In this document: piece after piece, positions 35,526 to 44,034 of the stretch
Layout: each line of letters begins with the position of its first letter
How positions within the stretch are numbered: the first letter of the stretch is position 1
Notes under the pieces: generated by a model
Databases searched by the model: none
Told to the model about the DNA's origin: nothing
The model's input: only the letters and a program-made list of their open reading frames with translations
Assembly: GCA_038153405.1 (NCBI GenBank)
Contig: JAYOYH010000006.1
Coordinates: 1,472 to 47,793, forward strand
DNA: 46,322 bases
Source of the DNA: Gemmatimonadota bacterium
GTDB taxonomy: Bacteria; Latescibacterota; UBA2968; UBA8231
Direction: 5' to 3'
Position numbers and translations under genes: made by a program

Positions 35526-36341
35526 ATGCCCAACAGCGCGCTTCCTGGCCTGCGCGATGCGCTGCGGCACTACCGCATTCGCCCCAACCACAAATTGGGT
35601 CAAAACTTTCTCTGCGATGAGGGCGTGCTGCGCCGCGAAGTCGACTACGCAGGACTCGAAAAAACGGACGTCGTGCTAGAGATTGGGCCGGGTCCAGGCA
35701 ACCTCACGCGCAGGCTGTTGGAACGGGCGGGACGCGTCGTTGCCATCGAGCAAGACCGGCAGTTTGCATCCTGTCTGAACGACTTGCAAAGGCACTATCC
35801 CCACTTAGAAGTCATTTGGGGCGATGCCCTCGAAGTAGACTTTCCCGCTTTTGATAAGGTCGTATCCAACCTGCCTTATAGCGTGGCGCTGCCGCTGATC
35901 TTTAAGATGCTCGATCAGCGCTTTCGCAAGGGCGTGCTCGTCTTTCAAAAGCGCTTGGCCGAACGGATCTGCGCCGATGTTGGAGAAAAGGGCTACTGCC
36001 GTTTGAGCGTGGCGCTGAAACGGCGCGCCAAGGTGGAAATCATTGAATCACTGGGCCGCGATATATTTCATCCGCGCCCCAATGTGGACAGTGCCATCGT
36101 GTCGATTGAGCGGACCAAACCGCGCTTTGACGTGCCTTCTGAGGAGGCCTTTCGCCTGCTCTTAGAAGGGTTGTTCCTCCACCGCGAATTGAGCGTAGAG
36201 CAGGCGTTGCGCACAGTCGATGCCGGCGTCTTCTCTCCGCAGGCCATACCGCATATCAGCGGAAAATTGCGCGGTAAAATCGTCTGTCGCGTTACACCAC
36301 GCGAGTTTGGCGATATCGCGCGGGCTGGATGGCGAGGCTAG
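35526..36341 (+). CDS. rsmA: 16S rRNA adenine dimethyltransferase RsmA/KsgA/Dim1 family
   Basis: LGQNFL.D, VLEIGPG.G.LT, VVAIE.D, GDAL, VSNLPY, Y.RLSV, F.PRPNVDSA. Confidence 0.9.
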   Translation: MPNSALPGLRDALRHYRIRPNHKLGQNFLCDEGVLRREVDYAGLEKTDVVLEIGPGPGNLTRRLLERAGRVVAIEQDRQFASCLNDLQRHYPHLEVIWGDALEVDFPAFDKVVSNLPYSVALPLIFKMLDQRFRKGVLVFQKRLAERICADVGEKGYCRLSVALKRRAKVEIIESLGRDIFHPRPNVDSAIVSIERTKPRFDVPSEEAFRLLLEGLFLHRELSVEQALRTVDAGVFSPQAIPHISGKLRGKIVCRVTPREFGDIARAGWRG

Positions 36342-37348
36342 TCGCTCCACTGCAGCACTACGCCCATGGCGCGCGTGCGATCCTCGCGCAGCATGCCGTA
36401 CAGCGCCGGTGCCTCTGCGAAAGAGGCTCGGTGGGAAATGAGTGGGGCTACGTCCAGTTCGCCGGCGGCGACTAGATCGAAGAAAAGCTCTGCGTGTCGG
36501 TGCTGTGTAAAGGCGCCGGGGCCTGGATGCGGAGGATGAGAGCTATTGTGCGCACCGATGATGGAAATGCTCGGCGCATTGCACAAATCGTGAAAGTCGA
36601 ATTGAGAGGTGGCACTGCGTGGACTGCTCAGCAGTACGAGGCGCCCCTGTTGGCGCAGCACCGCAATTTGCCCAGCAAGGGCATCAGGGGCACCCGTCAC
36701 TTCGAATGCGACATCAGCCATTCTACCCTGCGTGCGCTGCCGCACGTATTCGACCAAATCCGACTCGCTTGGGTCGAACGCCGACAGCCGCGCCGCCGCA
36801 GGCAGCAGCGCGCGGCGCTGGGGTGATGGCTCTACGCCGACTACGCGCGCGCCCGCTAGGTGACAGCAGCGCGCGGCCAGTTGCCCCACCAAGCCGAGTC
36901 CATAGACGATGGCTTCTTCACCCCAGGTGACCAAACCGCGTCGCACCCCGTTCATGGCGATCTCTGCCAGCGTAAAAAAAGCCGCCTCTTCACTCGCAAT
37001 GGAGTCGTGCAAGGGACGCGCATGTGTCGCGCTGCAGCAGGTATAGGCGGCGTGCGATCCGTAACTGCCGACCCGCTTCCCCACCCATGCATTATCCACG
37101 CCTGCGCCAACGGCGACGACCTCGCCAATATTGTCATACCCCGGAACGAAGGGAAATTTTCCGTACTGCGCCCACTTTGATCCCGGCGTGCCGCAGCCGT
37201 TGAGAATGGTCAGTTCGGTGCCGGTGCTAATGAGCGTGCAGATCGTGCGCACTAGCAGCTGTCCGGGCTGCGGAGTTGGAACGTCGCGCTCCTCGATATA
37301 CACGTCTCCGGCGGCGCGAAAGACGACGGTTGGATTGGTTTTGCTCAC
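36338..37348 (-). CDS. MDR-superfamily (zinc-binding dehydrogenase-like) oxidoreductase
   Basis: ISTGTE, FP..PGY, GLGLVG Rossmann motif, AFEVTG. GAGGAG RBS before GTG. Confidence 0.9.
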   Translation of the reverse strand: MSKTNPTVVFRAAGDVYIEERDVPTPQPGQLLVRTICTLISTGTELTILNGCGTPGSKWAQYGKFPFVPGYDNIGEVVAVGAGVDNAWVGKRVGSYGSHAAYTCCSATHARPLHDSIASEEAAFFTLAEIAMNGVRRGLVTWGEEAIVYGLGLVGQLAARCCHLAGARVVGVEPSPQRRALLPAAARLSAFDPSESDLVEYVRQRTQGRMADVAFEVTGAPDALAGQIAVLRQQGRLVLLSSPRSATSQFDFHDLCNAPSISIIGAHNSSHPPHPGPGAFTQHRHAELFFDLVAAGELDVAPLISHRASFAEAPALYGMLREDRTRAMGVVLQWSD

Positions 37349-37392
37349 GTTGTACTCCTCTCCGCGTTACAATGGCGACCGGTCTGCGCTCC

Positions 37393-38835
37393 TCACGCCA
37401 GTTGGGCATAGGCCTGGCGGCCGCGCTTGAATAGCTCGCGCACATCTTCTCGCTGCTGATCGCTATTATAGCGCCCATAGCAGTCGATCCAGCGCAGTGA
37501 TTCGTCGATGGAGCGCAGAAAAAACTGGGCCGACTCGGTCTGCTGCACGGGAGGGCGGCCGCAGCGAAAGTACACGGGGCTGGAGTGGGCAAATAGCGCG
37601 TGGTCAAAGCTGTCGCGACTGTCGCCCCACAGGCGAACGGCGACCCAGCCGTCGCGCTCGACGCACAGGTCGTGTTCTATCATTCCAGTGCGCCGTCCCT
37701 CCGGCCAGTGCCAGCGCTGGGCGACTTGTCCGTTAACGATGATCTCGGCGCGCTCTATTGGGTAAAAAGAGGAGAAAGTTGCCTGCGCCGATATCGTGCC
37801 GCTGCCGTCCAGCGCGATGGTTTCCCCCATAGCCATTCCATTGGCGCTGAGCGAAAGCGCCGGTCCATTGGTGATAAAGGTGCGTCCGCTCTTCATTCCA
37901 TCTATCCAATTGGCGTAGGAGAAATCGCCTTCGCACTGCACGTATACGCGGTTGTTGGAGCAGACAAACCAATCCGTTCCCGTCGACGCGGGTAGATGGA
38001 TGCCGCAGTTGAGCAGCTTGTACCACAGTTCGTACTCGGGGTCCATCCAGAACGGATCGAATAGGTTGAATGCATCCAGTTTGCCTAAGGCGGCCGCGAT
38101 GGGCGCTTCCATGCCGCGTCCGTTGTGGCACCAGATGACGAGGCCGCCCTGGTCGCGCGCCTCGTCGCAGCAAAAGCACAGCGGCGGGTAGTCGGGGTCG
38201 AACTGACCGGCCAGGGTGTGGCCGCGACTGACGGGCTGCACTAGGTTGCGAATATTGAGAAACATCACGTGCCCATAGCCAAATCCCCAAGGAGAACGGT
38301 CTCCGTAGTGGCGGTTTTCCTCGCCGATGTCGAGGACGTGGTGGGCGGTAGTGAATTCGTTCATAACGCCGAGCGGATACTTATTGCTGGCGTAGGGAAG
38401 CTGGCGCCGGTCGAGCACGCTGACACAGGTCACGTTATACCCCTCGACGCTGCAGTCGACGCCTAGACGCTCGTCCGGGCGCGTTTCCTGTTCGTCGTAG
38501 TGTATGTGCGTATTGCCCGGATACCAGCGCTCTTGCTGTGGTGCATACCAGCGATTTATCGGCAGGGTTATGCTGACCCCGCCCTTCTCGGGCACGTCGA
38601 CCGTCGTGCGGTAGGGCTCGTATTCCGTTCCGCGCTCGATGAGCACGGCGGTGCGGCCGCGCGGAACGGAGACGCTAAATTCGCCCTGTGAGAAAAAAAA
38701 AGGCGTTCCCGGACCGCGCTTGAGCAGGGCACTATTGGGATGGGTAAAAGATCCCATGGAATTGAGGACGTGAACTTTGGCATCGATGAGCTGGTCCGTT
38801 GCCGCATCGATAATTGTGCCGTGTAGCGTGCCCAT
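37393..38835 (-). CDS. CehA/McbA-family PHP-like metallohydrolase
   Basis: ERGTEY, WYPGNTHIH, GEENRH, GYGH, WCH, WYKLLNCG, ASTGTD, GRTFITNGP, AHSSPVY. Confidence 0.82.
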   Translation of the reverse strand: MGTLHGTIIDAATDQLIDAKVHVLNSMGSFTHPNSALLKRGPGTPFFFSQGEFSVSVPRGRTAVLIERGTEYEPYRTTVDVPEKGGVSITLPINRWYAPQQERWYPGNTHIHYDEQETRPDERLGVDCSVEGYNVTCVSVLDRRQLPYASNKYPLGVMNEFTTAHHVLDIGEENRHYGDRSPWGFGYGHVMFLNIRNLVQPVSRGHTLAGQFDPDYPPLCFCCDEARDQGGLVIWCHNGRGMEAPIAAALGKLDAFNLFDPFWMDPEYELWYKLLNCGIHLPASTGTDWFVCSNNRVYVQCEGDFSYANWIDGMKSGRTFITNGPALSLSANGMAMGETIALDGSGTISAQATFSSFYPIERAEIIVNGQVAQRWHWPEGRRTGMIEHDLCVERDGWVAVRLWGDSRDSFDHALFAHSSPVYFRCGRPPVQQTESAQFFLRSIDESLRWIDCYGRYNSDQQREDVRELFKRGRQAYAQLA

Positions 38836-38859
38836 GATGGCGCTCCGATGAGTGGATGC

Positions 38860-39885
38860 TCAGTTGAGCGAGTAGACTTCGTAGCCGTTTTGGCAGGGAT
38901 TGCCCCGGCTAATGTGCATGCGGCCGGCCGCAGCCTCTATGACCACGGAGAACACGCTGACCCAAAAGCCGTTTGAGGGGTGGTCGTTGGCGTGGCGGCA
39001 GATCGAATGTGGGTAGTCCTGGTGATCGCGTAGCGTCTCCTGTGCCCGCTCGACGGAGAGCGGGTGGGCGGCGAGTAATTGATTGATGCGGTGCAGCCGT
39101 GGACCGGACTCAATGAGTTCGGGAAAGTCGCGGTTGATGTGTTGCAACTCCGGGTGTAGGCAGTGGTTGGTATGCGTGACGAGCGCTTTGTCGTGCAGGA
39201 CGTGCACGTCGTCAATGGTCACTTCCAAATCGGCTGGTCCCTGCGGCGTGGCCAGCATGATATTGGCGGGAATAGCGCGCTGGGCACGCCGCACGACGGC
39301 TACGGCTTCTTCAAGGCTGCTGCTTTCGTAGAGCGCGCGCACGGTGAAATAGTGGGGCACGCCGACGCGTCTGCTCGGCGCCGGTAGCGTATTCAAACAG
39401 ACGCCAATACCCGCCTCGTTGAGTCCGATGTAGGCGATGAGTCCGGCCTGCGTAATGTTCATCAGTGCGGGGCCATTGGTCGGTCTTCTGCGCAGTACGA
39501 TGGTATGGGGATCCAGTGCGGGATCGTTGTCCCAATTTTGAGCTACAATCGACGGCGCAGCGGCAAAGGAAGTGCAGCCGGCGTCTTCTTCGGGCTGCAG
39601 CTGGTTGCGGACCTGCAGGAGGACGAGATCGTCAAAATGGACGCCTGAACTCTGTGCTACTCCGCGCAGTTCGTCGAGCATGTGCGGCGCGTAGTCCTGC
39701 ACAAAGGCTGCACTTTGGCGGGCGACGTCCAGTGCAGACTGGCGCGAAATGGCAATGGTTTTGTTTACGCGCTCGAGGGCGATGGCGGCAAATGCGCGCA
39801 CCTCCTCGCGCGCTTCTTCGCCCAGCTGTCTGCCCATTTCCAGCGGCGATCCAGCTACGTCTACTTCGCGGTAGCGTTCACTCAT
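38860..39885 (-). CDS. C45-family Ntn-hydrolase (acyl-CoA:6-APA acyltransferase-like)
   Basis: G..EMG.QLG, autocleavage site GCTS, AQNWD, GLNEAG, HTNH, SICRH. Confidence 0.9.
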   Translation of the reverse strand: MSERYREVDVAGSPLEMGRQLGEEAREEVRAFAAIALERVNKTIAISRQSALDVARQSAAFVQDYAPHMLDELRGVAQSSGVHFDDLVLLQVRNQLQPEEDAGCTSFAAAPSIVAQNWDNDPALDPHTIVLRRRPTNGPALMNITQAGLIAYIGLNEAGIGVCLNTLPAPSRRVGVPHYFTVRALYESSSLEEAVAVVRRAQRAIPANIMLATPQGPADLEVTIDDVHVLHDKALVTHTNHCLHPELQHINRDFPELIESGPRLHRINQLLAAHPLSVERAQETLRDHQDYPHSICRHANDHPSNGFWVSVFSVVIEAAAGRMHISRGNPCQNGYEVYSLN

Positions 39886-40865
39886 GCGATTTCTCCTCCC
39901 TTGCGCACGGCGAGGATTACCTTGCCGATAGTGCGGTTTTCGGCCAGCATTTGCTGTGCCTCATCGGCGCGTTCGATCGGTAGCACCGAGTCGATTACAG
40001 GCTCGATTTTCCCATCGGTCAACAGCGGCCAAAAGCGCTCGGCAAAAGCCCGTGTGATATCGGCTTTCTCCGCATCGCTGCGGCTGCGCAGCGTCGAGCC
40101 GATTAGTCGCAAGCGTTTGCCGAGAACCTGGCCGATATCGAGTGCGGCGCTGGTGCCCGACAGCAGGGCGATAAAGACGAGGCGGCCCTTGGGTTTGAGC
40201 AGGTGAATATTGCGTTCGAGATAGTCGGCCGCACTGATGTCGAGCACGACGTCGACGCCGTCGCAGTGCGCCTGTATGGCCTCGGCAAAATCGCGCTCGC
40301 GGTAGTTGATGGCTAGCTCGGCACCCAGTTCGGCGCAGCGCGCTACTTTAGCCGGCGTGCCGGCCGTGGCGATCACGCGGCAGCCCGCTACCTTGGCCAA
40401 CTGTATGGCGGCGGTTCCGACGCCGCTGGCGCCGCCGTGGATGAGCGCGGTTTCACCGGGTTGGAGCTGTGCTTCCATGAAAAGGTTAACAAAGGCAGTG
40501 AGGAATACTTCGGGCACGGCGGCACCGCGGGCAAAGCCCCAGTCGTCGGGCAGGGCGAGCAGGTGGTTTGCGGGCACGGCGACGCGTTCGGCATAGCCGC
40601 CGCCCGAGAGGAGGGCCAGCACGCGATCGCCCGGCTTCCAGCCGCGCACGCGCTCCCCGATCTGGCAGATGGAGCCGCACATTTCCAGACCCATGTAGGG
40701 AGGGGCGCCAGCAGGGGGCGGATAGAGCCCAGCGCGCTGCAGTAGGTCGGCGCGGTTGACGGCGCTGGCGTAGATGTCGACCAAAACCTGATCGGCAGCG
40801 CAGGTCGGGTCGGCTACCTCTTGCCATCGCAGCTGCTGCGCTTGGTCTACGACAACGGCGCGCAT
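39882..40865 (-). CDS. NAD(P)H-quinone oxidoreductase, PIG3 family
   Basis: VNRADLLQRAG.YPPP, GGGYAE, PEVFLTA, LIHGGASGVGTAAIQ, GSTLRSR, IGKVIL. Confidence 0.94.
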   Translation of the reverse strand: MRAVVVDQAQQLRWQEVADPTCAADQVLVDIYASAVNRADLLQRAGLYPPPAGAPPYMGLEMCGSICQIGERVRGWKPGDRVLALLSGGGYAERVAVPANHLLALPDDWGFARGAAVPEVFLTAFVNLFMEAQLQPGETALIHGGASGVGTAAIQLAKVAGCRVIATAGTPAKVARCAELGAELAINYRERDFAEAIQAHCDGVDVVLDISAADYLERNIHLLKPKGRLVFIALLSGTSAALDIGQVLGKRLRLIGSTLRSRSDAEKADITRAFAERFWPLLTDGKIEPVIDSVLPIERADEAQQMLAENRTIGKVILAVRKGGEIA

Positions 40866-41132
40866 GGTCTACTCAGATGGGCGGAGTCTGCGCTGCTGCG
40901 AAAGGGCGCACGCGCCACCAACGAGCAGAGCCGTTGGGCATCGGCCCCCTCGAGTACGCGGCCGTTGCGCGCTAAGAGATCGGAATTTATCGCCAATATA
41001 TATCGCCTGATATCGCAACGGGCATTTTGCCCGGTGTGCAAATTTAGTAGAATAGGAAGAGGCGCGCATTATGCGCTAATCGCTGTCAGCCGGTCGGTGT
41101 CTGCGCTGCGACGCTTAGTAGATAGGGAAAAT

Positions 41133-41561
41133 ATGCCAGAGGGGCAACTGCAGCTTTTTTACGATCCGCACTGTGCCGTTTGCGTGCGTTTTAAGGAGTG
41201 GGTTGCGCTGCGCGACGCGCAGGGGCGCATTGCCTTGGTGGAACTAGTCGAAGGAATGGATGCGCGCTTTCCCCATATCGATTTTGGACGCGCCGCCGAG
41301 CAACTGACGGCCTGTGATACACAGGGGCGCATTTACGAAGGTATGGCTGCCCTGCGCCAGGTTGCGCGCCGGCTGCCGGGTTTGGCCCGCTTGGACTGGA
41401 TATACGATCTGCCGGGGGTGCTGCGGGCGGCCGGCGGCGTCTACCGCACAGTACATCGCTTTCGCAAGCGCCTGTGCCTTCGCTGTGGACAGCGTTGGAC
41501 GTCGTCGGATAAATACAGCGTGCGCAAGCAGCGCGCTGCGCGCGGCGGTAAGCGCAGATGA
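41133..41561 (+). CDS. DCC-family thiol-disulfide oxidoreductase (DUF393)
   Basis: FYDPHCAVC (DxxCxxC) motif, Y.G..A, and Y..V.R.R near the C-terminus; extra C-terminal CLRC. ATG 41133 after AGGGA. Confidence 0.85.
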   Translation: MPEGQLQLFYDPHCAVCVRFKEWVALRDAQGRIALVELVEGMDARFPHIDFGRAAEQLTACDTQGRIYEGMAALRQVARRLPGLARLDWIYDLPGVLRAAGGVYRTVHRFRKRLCLRCGQRWTSSDKYSVRKQRAARGGKRR

Positions 41562-42604
41562 TGTCGACGATGACCAGTGCTCAGGCCGATGCGTTTTGCA
41601 GAGATATACTGAACCAGCTGGGCGTCGACCAGCCGGAAGCCCAGGCGTGCAGCGATGCACTCGTCGAGTCGAGCCTGCGCGGGGTAGATAGCCACGGCAT
41701 TCTATCGCTGCCCATTTACGCCGAGCGCATTCGCTCTGGGCAAATGCGGCCGGGCGCTGATCTGCGTATTGTGCGTGAGGGCGGCGCCACGCTGTTTTGC
41801 GACGGTGGGCACGGGTTGGGTCCCGTGCAGGCGCTCGAGGCGGCCGCGCTAGTGACGGATCGAGCATTGCAAGCGGGCGTCGGTGTCGCGTCGCTGGCCA
41901 ATTGCAATTACGTGGGGGCACTCGCACCCTATGTCGAGCGCGTCGCCCAAACGGGTATGCTGGGTATTTGCGCCGCCAATTCGACGCCGCGCGTTGCGCC
42001 GCACGGTGGCAGGCAGGGTGTGCACGGAACAAACCCGCTGTCCTATGCCGTGCCGTCAGCCGACGGCCAGGTGCTGGTCTTCGATGCGGCAACGGGCCAC
42101 TCGGCTGCGCGCGTCGCTGCTGCGCGCGACGAAGGGCTGTCCGTTGGCGACGGCGTGTTGGTCGACGCCCAGGGGCGCCCATCAAACGATCCAGAGGCGC
42201 TCGACGGCGGAGCCCTGCTACCGGTGGGCGGCGCGCTGGGCTACGGACTAGGTCTACTGGTCGACCTGCTCTGTGGCGGTCTCAGCGGTGGACCGTGCGG
42301 CCGCGACGTGCCGCCGGTGGAAGATCTGAGCGGACCGTATGGCTGCTCGTTCTTTATCATGGCCATCGACGGCGACTTTTTTGGCGGGAGAGAGGTGCTG
42401 GCCGAGCGCTGTGCATTTTTGCTTCACAGCGTGCGCCAGGTTGCACCCGCGCTGGGCACAGACCAAGTGCGCGCACCTGGCGAGCGGGCTTTGCAGGAGC
42501 GCCGAGTGCGTTTACAGCGGGGTATTCCGCTGCCAGCCGGTCGCTGGCAGGCCGTCCTGCAGCGACTGCGCAACTGCGAGTTAGTCGTTGAGGACTGGTG
42601 CTGA
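41558..42604 (+). CDS. Ldh_2-family (malate/L-lactate/ureidoglycolate-type) oxidoreductase
   Basis: LRGVDSHG, DGGHGLG, VAPHGG...GTNPL, FDAAT, LLPVGG..GYGL, VRAPGE. Confidence 0.92.
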   Translation: MMSTMTSAQADAFCRDILNQLGVDQPEAQACSDALVESSLRGVDSHGILSLPIYAERIRSGQMRPGADLRIVREGGATLFCDGGHGLGPVQALEAAALVTDRALQAGVGVASLANCNYVGALAPYVERVAQTGMLGICAANSTPRVAPHGGRQGVHGTNPLSYAVPSADGQVLVFDAATGHSAARVAAARDEGLSVGDGVLVDAQGRPSNDPEALDGGALLPVGGALGYGLGLLVDLLCGGLSGGPCGRDVPPVEDLSGPYGCSFFIMAIDGDFFGGREVLAERCAFLLHSVRQVAPALGTDQVRAPGERALQERRVRLQRGIPLPAGRWQAVLQRLRNCELVVEDWC

Positions 42605-42677
42605 GCACTGCTTGCATCGGGGCAGGCGAAGGCGTAGATTTAGCAGCACGACGCACTGGAGGCGGTGTGAATCAACC

Positions 42678-43187
42678 ATGACGAATATCGAAATCAAGGC
42701 GCGCTGTGAAGACGTCGAGCGCGCCGAGGAAAACCTCAATGCAATCGGCGCGGGTCCCGCTGGGACATTCCACCAGCGCGATACGTACTTTTGCGTTGCC
42801 GAGGGGCGGTTGAAGCTGCGCGAGCTCGGTCCGGATGACGGCCATCTCATTTGCTATAGAAGAGAAGATTTGGCCGGTCCAAAGCGCAGTGACTACGAAA
42901 TAGCTAAGACCGAAGACCCCGAGGCCATGCGCAAAATGCTGAGCCAAGTTATGGGCGCTTGGGTCGAAGTCGAGAAGACGCGCCAGGTGTGGCTGTGGGA
43001 AAATGTGCGCATCCACTTAGATGACGTGAAGGGGCTGGGTCAGTTTGTCGAACTGGAAGCGGTCACCGAAGAGCAGGGCATTGAGGAAAGCCACCGGCGC
43101 GTAGAGATGCTCATGCGCGCGCTTGAAATCACCGGAGAACAGCTTGTTGAGGGATCCTACGGCGATTTGCTAGCGGCGCAAAAGTAG
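42678..43187 (+). CDS. cyaB: CYTH-domain protein, class IV adenylate cyclase family
   Basis: NIEIKAR (ExExK), Q.DTYF, GRLKLRE, VEKTR, RIHLD.V.GLG.FVELE, GSY.DL. Confidence 0.88.
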   Translation: MTNIEIKARCEDVERAEENLNAIGAGPAGTFHQRDTYFCVAEGRLKLRELGPDDGHLICYRREDLAGPKRSDYEIAKTEDPEAMRKMLSQVMGAWVEVEKTRQVWLWENVRIHLDDVKGLGQFVELEAVTEEQGIEESHRRVEMLMRALEITGEQLVEGSYGDLLAAQK

Positions 43188-43217
43188 TTGCATCGCCTGC
43201 CCCGAGCGGCGTATACT
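43188..43217 (+). promoter_or_regulatory. Sigma-70 promoter, probably giving a leaderless zapA mRNA
   Basis: TTGCAT-N18-TATACT ending 7 nt before the ATG; no Shine-Dalgarno. Confidence 0.55.
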
Positions 43218-43224
43218 ATATACT

Positions 43225-43614
43225 ATGGCTAAGACGAACGCACAGGTTCAGGGAATCGCCGTACAAATCTTCGGCGAAGAGTATCTCATTGCCGAGAGCG
43301 ACGCGATGAAAGTGCAGAAGATTGCGCGCTATGTCGATGAGAAAATGCGCGAGATCGACGGGCAACACCCCGGTCGCATTCCGACCAGCAAACTTGCTGT
43401 GCTCGCCGCGATGACCATTGCCGACGAACTCATGCAGACGGTTAGCGAGCAGAATCGCCTCGCCGAAACGGCGCAGGAAAATCTGCAGCGCCTAACCGAG
43501 CTCGTCGATGCGCGCGCCAATATGGTGGCCGAACGCGGCGAAGAAATCGGTTCTCATCGCCGGCGCTGGCGCGAGGAAGACGCGCGTCAACTAGATCCTT
43601 CTGCAGTGGAATGA
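43225..43614 (+). CDS. zapA: Cell division protein ZapA
   Basis: VQIFGEEY.I...IARYVDEKMREI...KLAVLAAMTIADEL followed by a coiled coil. Confidence 0.92.
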   Translation: MAKTNAQVQGIAVQIFGEEYLIAESDAMKVQKIARYVDEKMREIDGQHPGRIPTSKLAVLAAMTIADELMQTVSEQNRLAETAQENLQRLTELVDARANMVAERGEEIGSHRRRWREEDARQLDPSAVE

Positions 43615-44015
43615 TGCGGCTACGCGCCCCCATCACAGCCTCACTCCTCGCCCTTATTCAGTACGCCTATAGCAGCTGCACGCCGCCGCCGCCCTACGAC
43701 GAGTCCGAGTGCTCGATGTACACTGAGCTGGGTCCCGTGCGGGCCAATCCCGCCGGTGCAATGGGGCGCAACTTAGAAGTGCAGATTTCGCTGCGCGTAT
43801 GTCCTCCCGAAGAAGGGTTAGCCGAAATCAAGCGCAAGCGAATTGAGCTTAAGCACAATATGCTGCAGCTGCTGAGCGCAAAGACAACGGCGCAACTGGA
43901 AGACCCGTTGCGCGTCGAAACGCTGCAGCGAGAGGTGCGCAAGATGATCAATGACAAGGTGTTAAAAAAGGGTAAAGCAGTAGAGGTATTCATTACCGGC
44001 TTCGAACTGCAGTAA
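43611..44015 (+). CDS. FliL-like protein
   Basis: ELGPVRANPA....RNLEVQISL...EI......LK...LQLLS.KT..QL.......L..E....IN..VL..G...EVFITGF.LQ follows the FliL C-domain pattern; ATGA overlap with zapA. Confidence 0.78.
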   Translation: MMRLRAPITASLLALIQYAYSSCTPPPPYDESECSMYTELGPVRANPAGAMGRNLEVQISLRVCPPEEGLAEIKRKRIELKHNMLQLLSAKTTAQLEDPLRVETLQREVRKMINDKVLKKGKAVEVFITGFELQ

Positions 44016-44034
44016 GCACTCCTGCCAAACAGTA

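Noticed and set aside
40866..41132. Small ORF or gene remnant between the quinone oxidoreductase and DCC genes
   Set aside because: The short ORFs lack an RBS and recognisable motifs; the GGCGATAT box has no matching sigma-28 -35.
41244..42591. Long alternative-frame ORFs (41244-42185 minus, 41797-42591 plus; likewise 31559-32347 and 8318-8923)
   Set aside because: Shadow ORFs with no domain motifs, overlapping well-supported genes; expected in high-GC DNA.
43615..43800. 6S RNA downstream of zapA (common synteny)
   Set aside because: The position is occupied by the overlapping FliL-like CDS.
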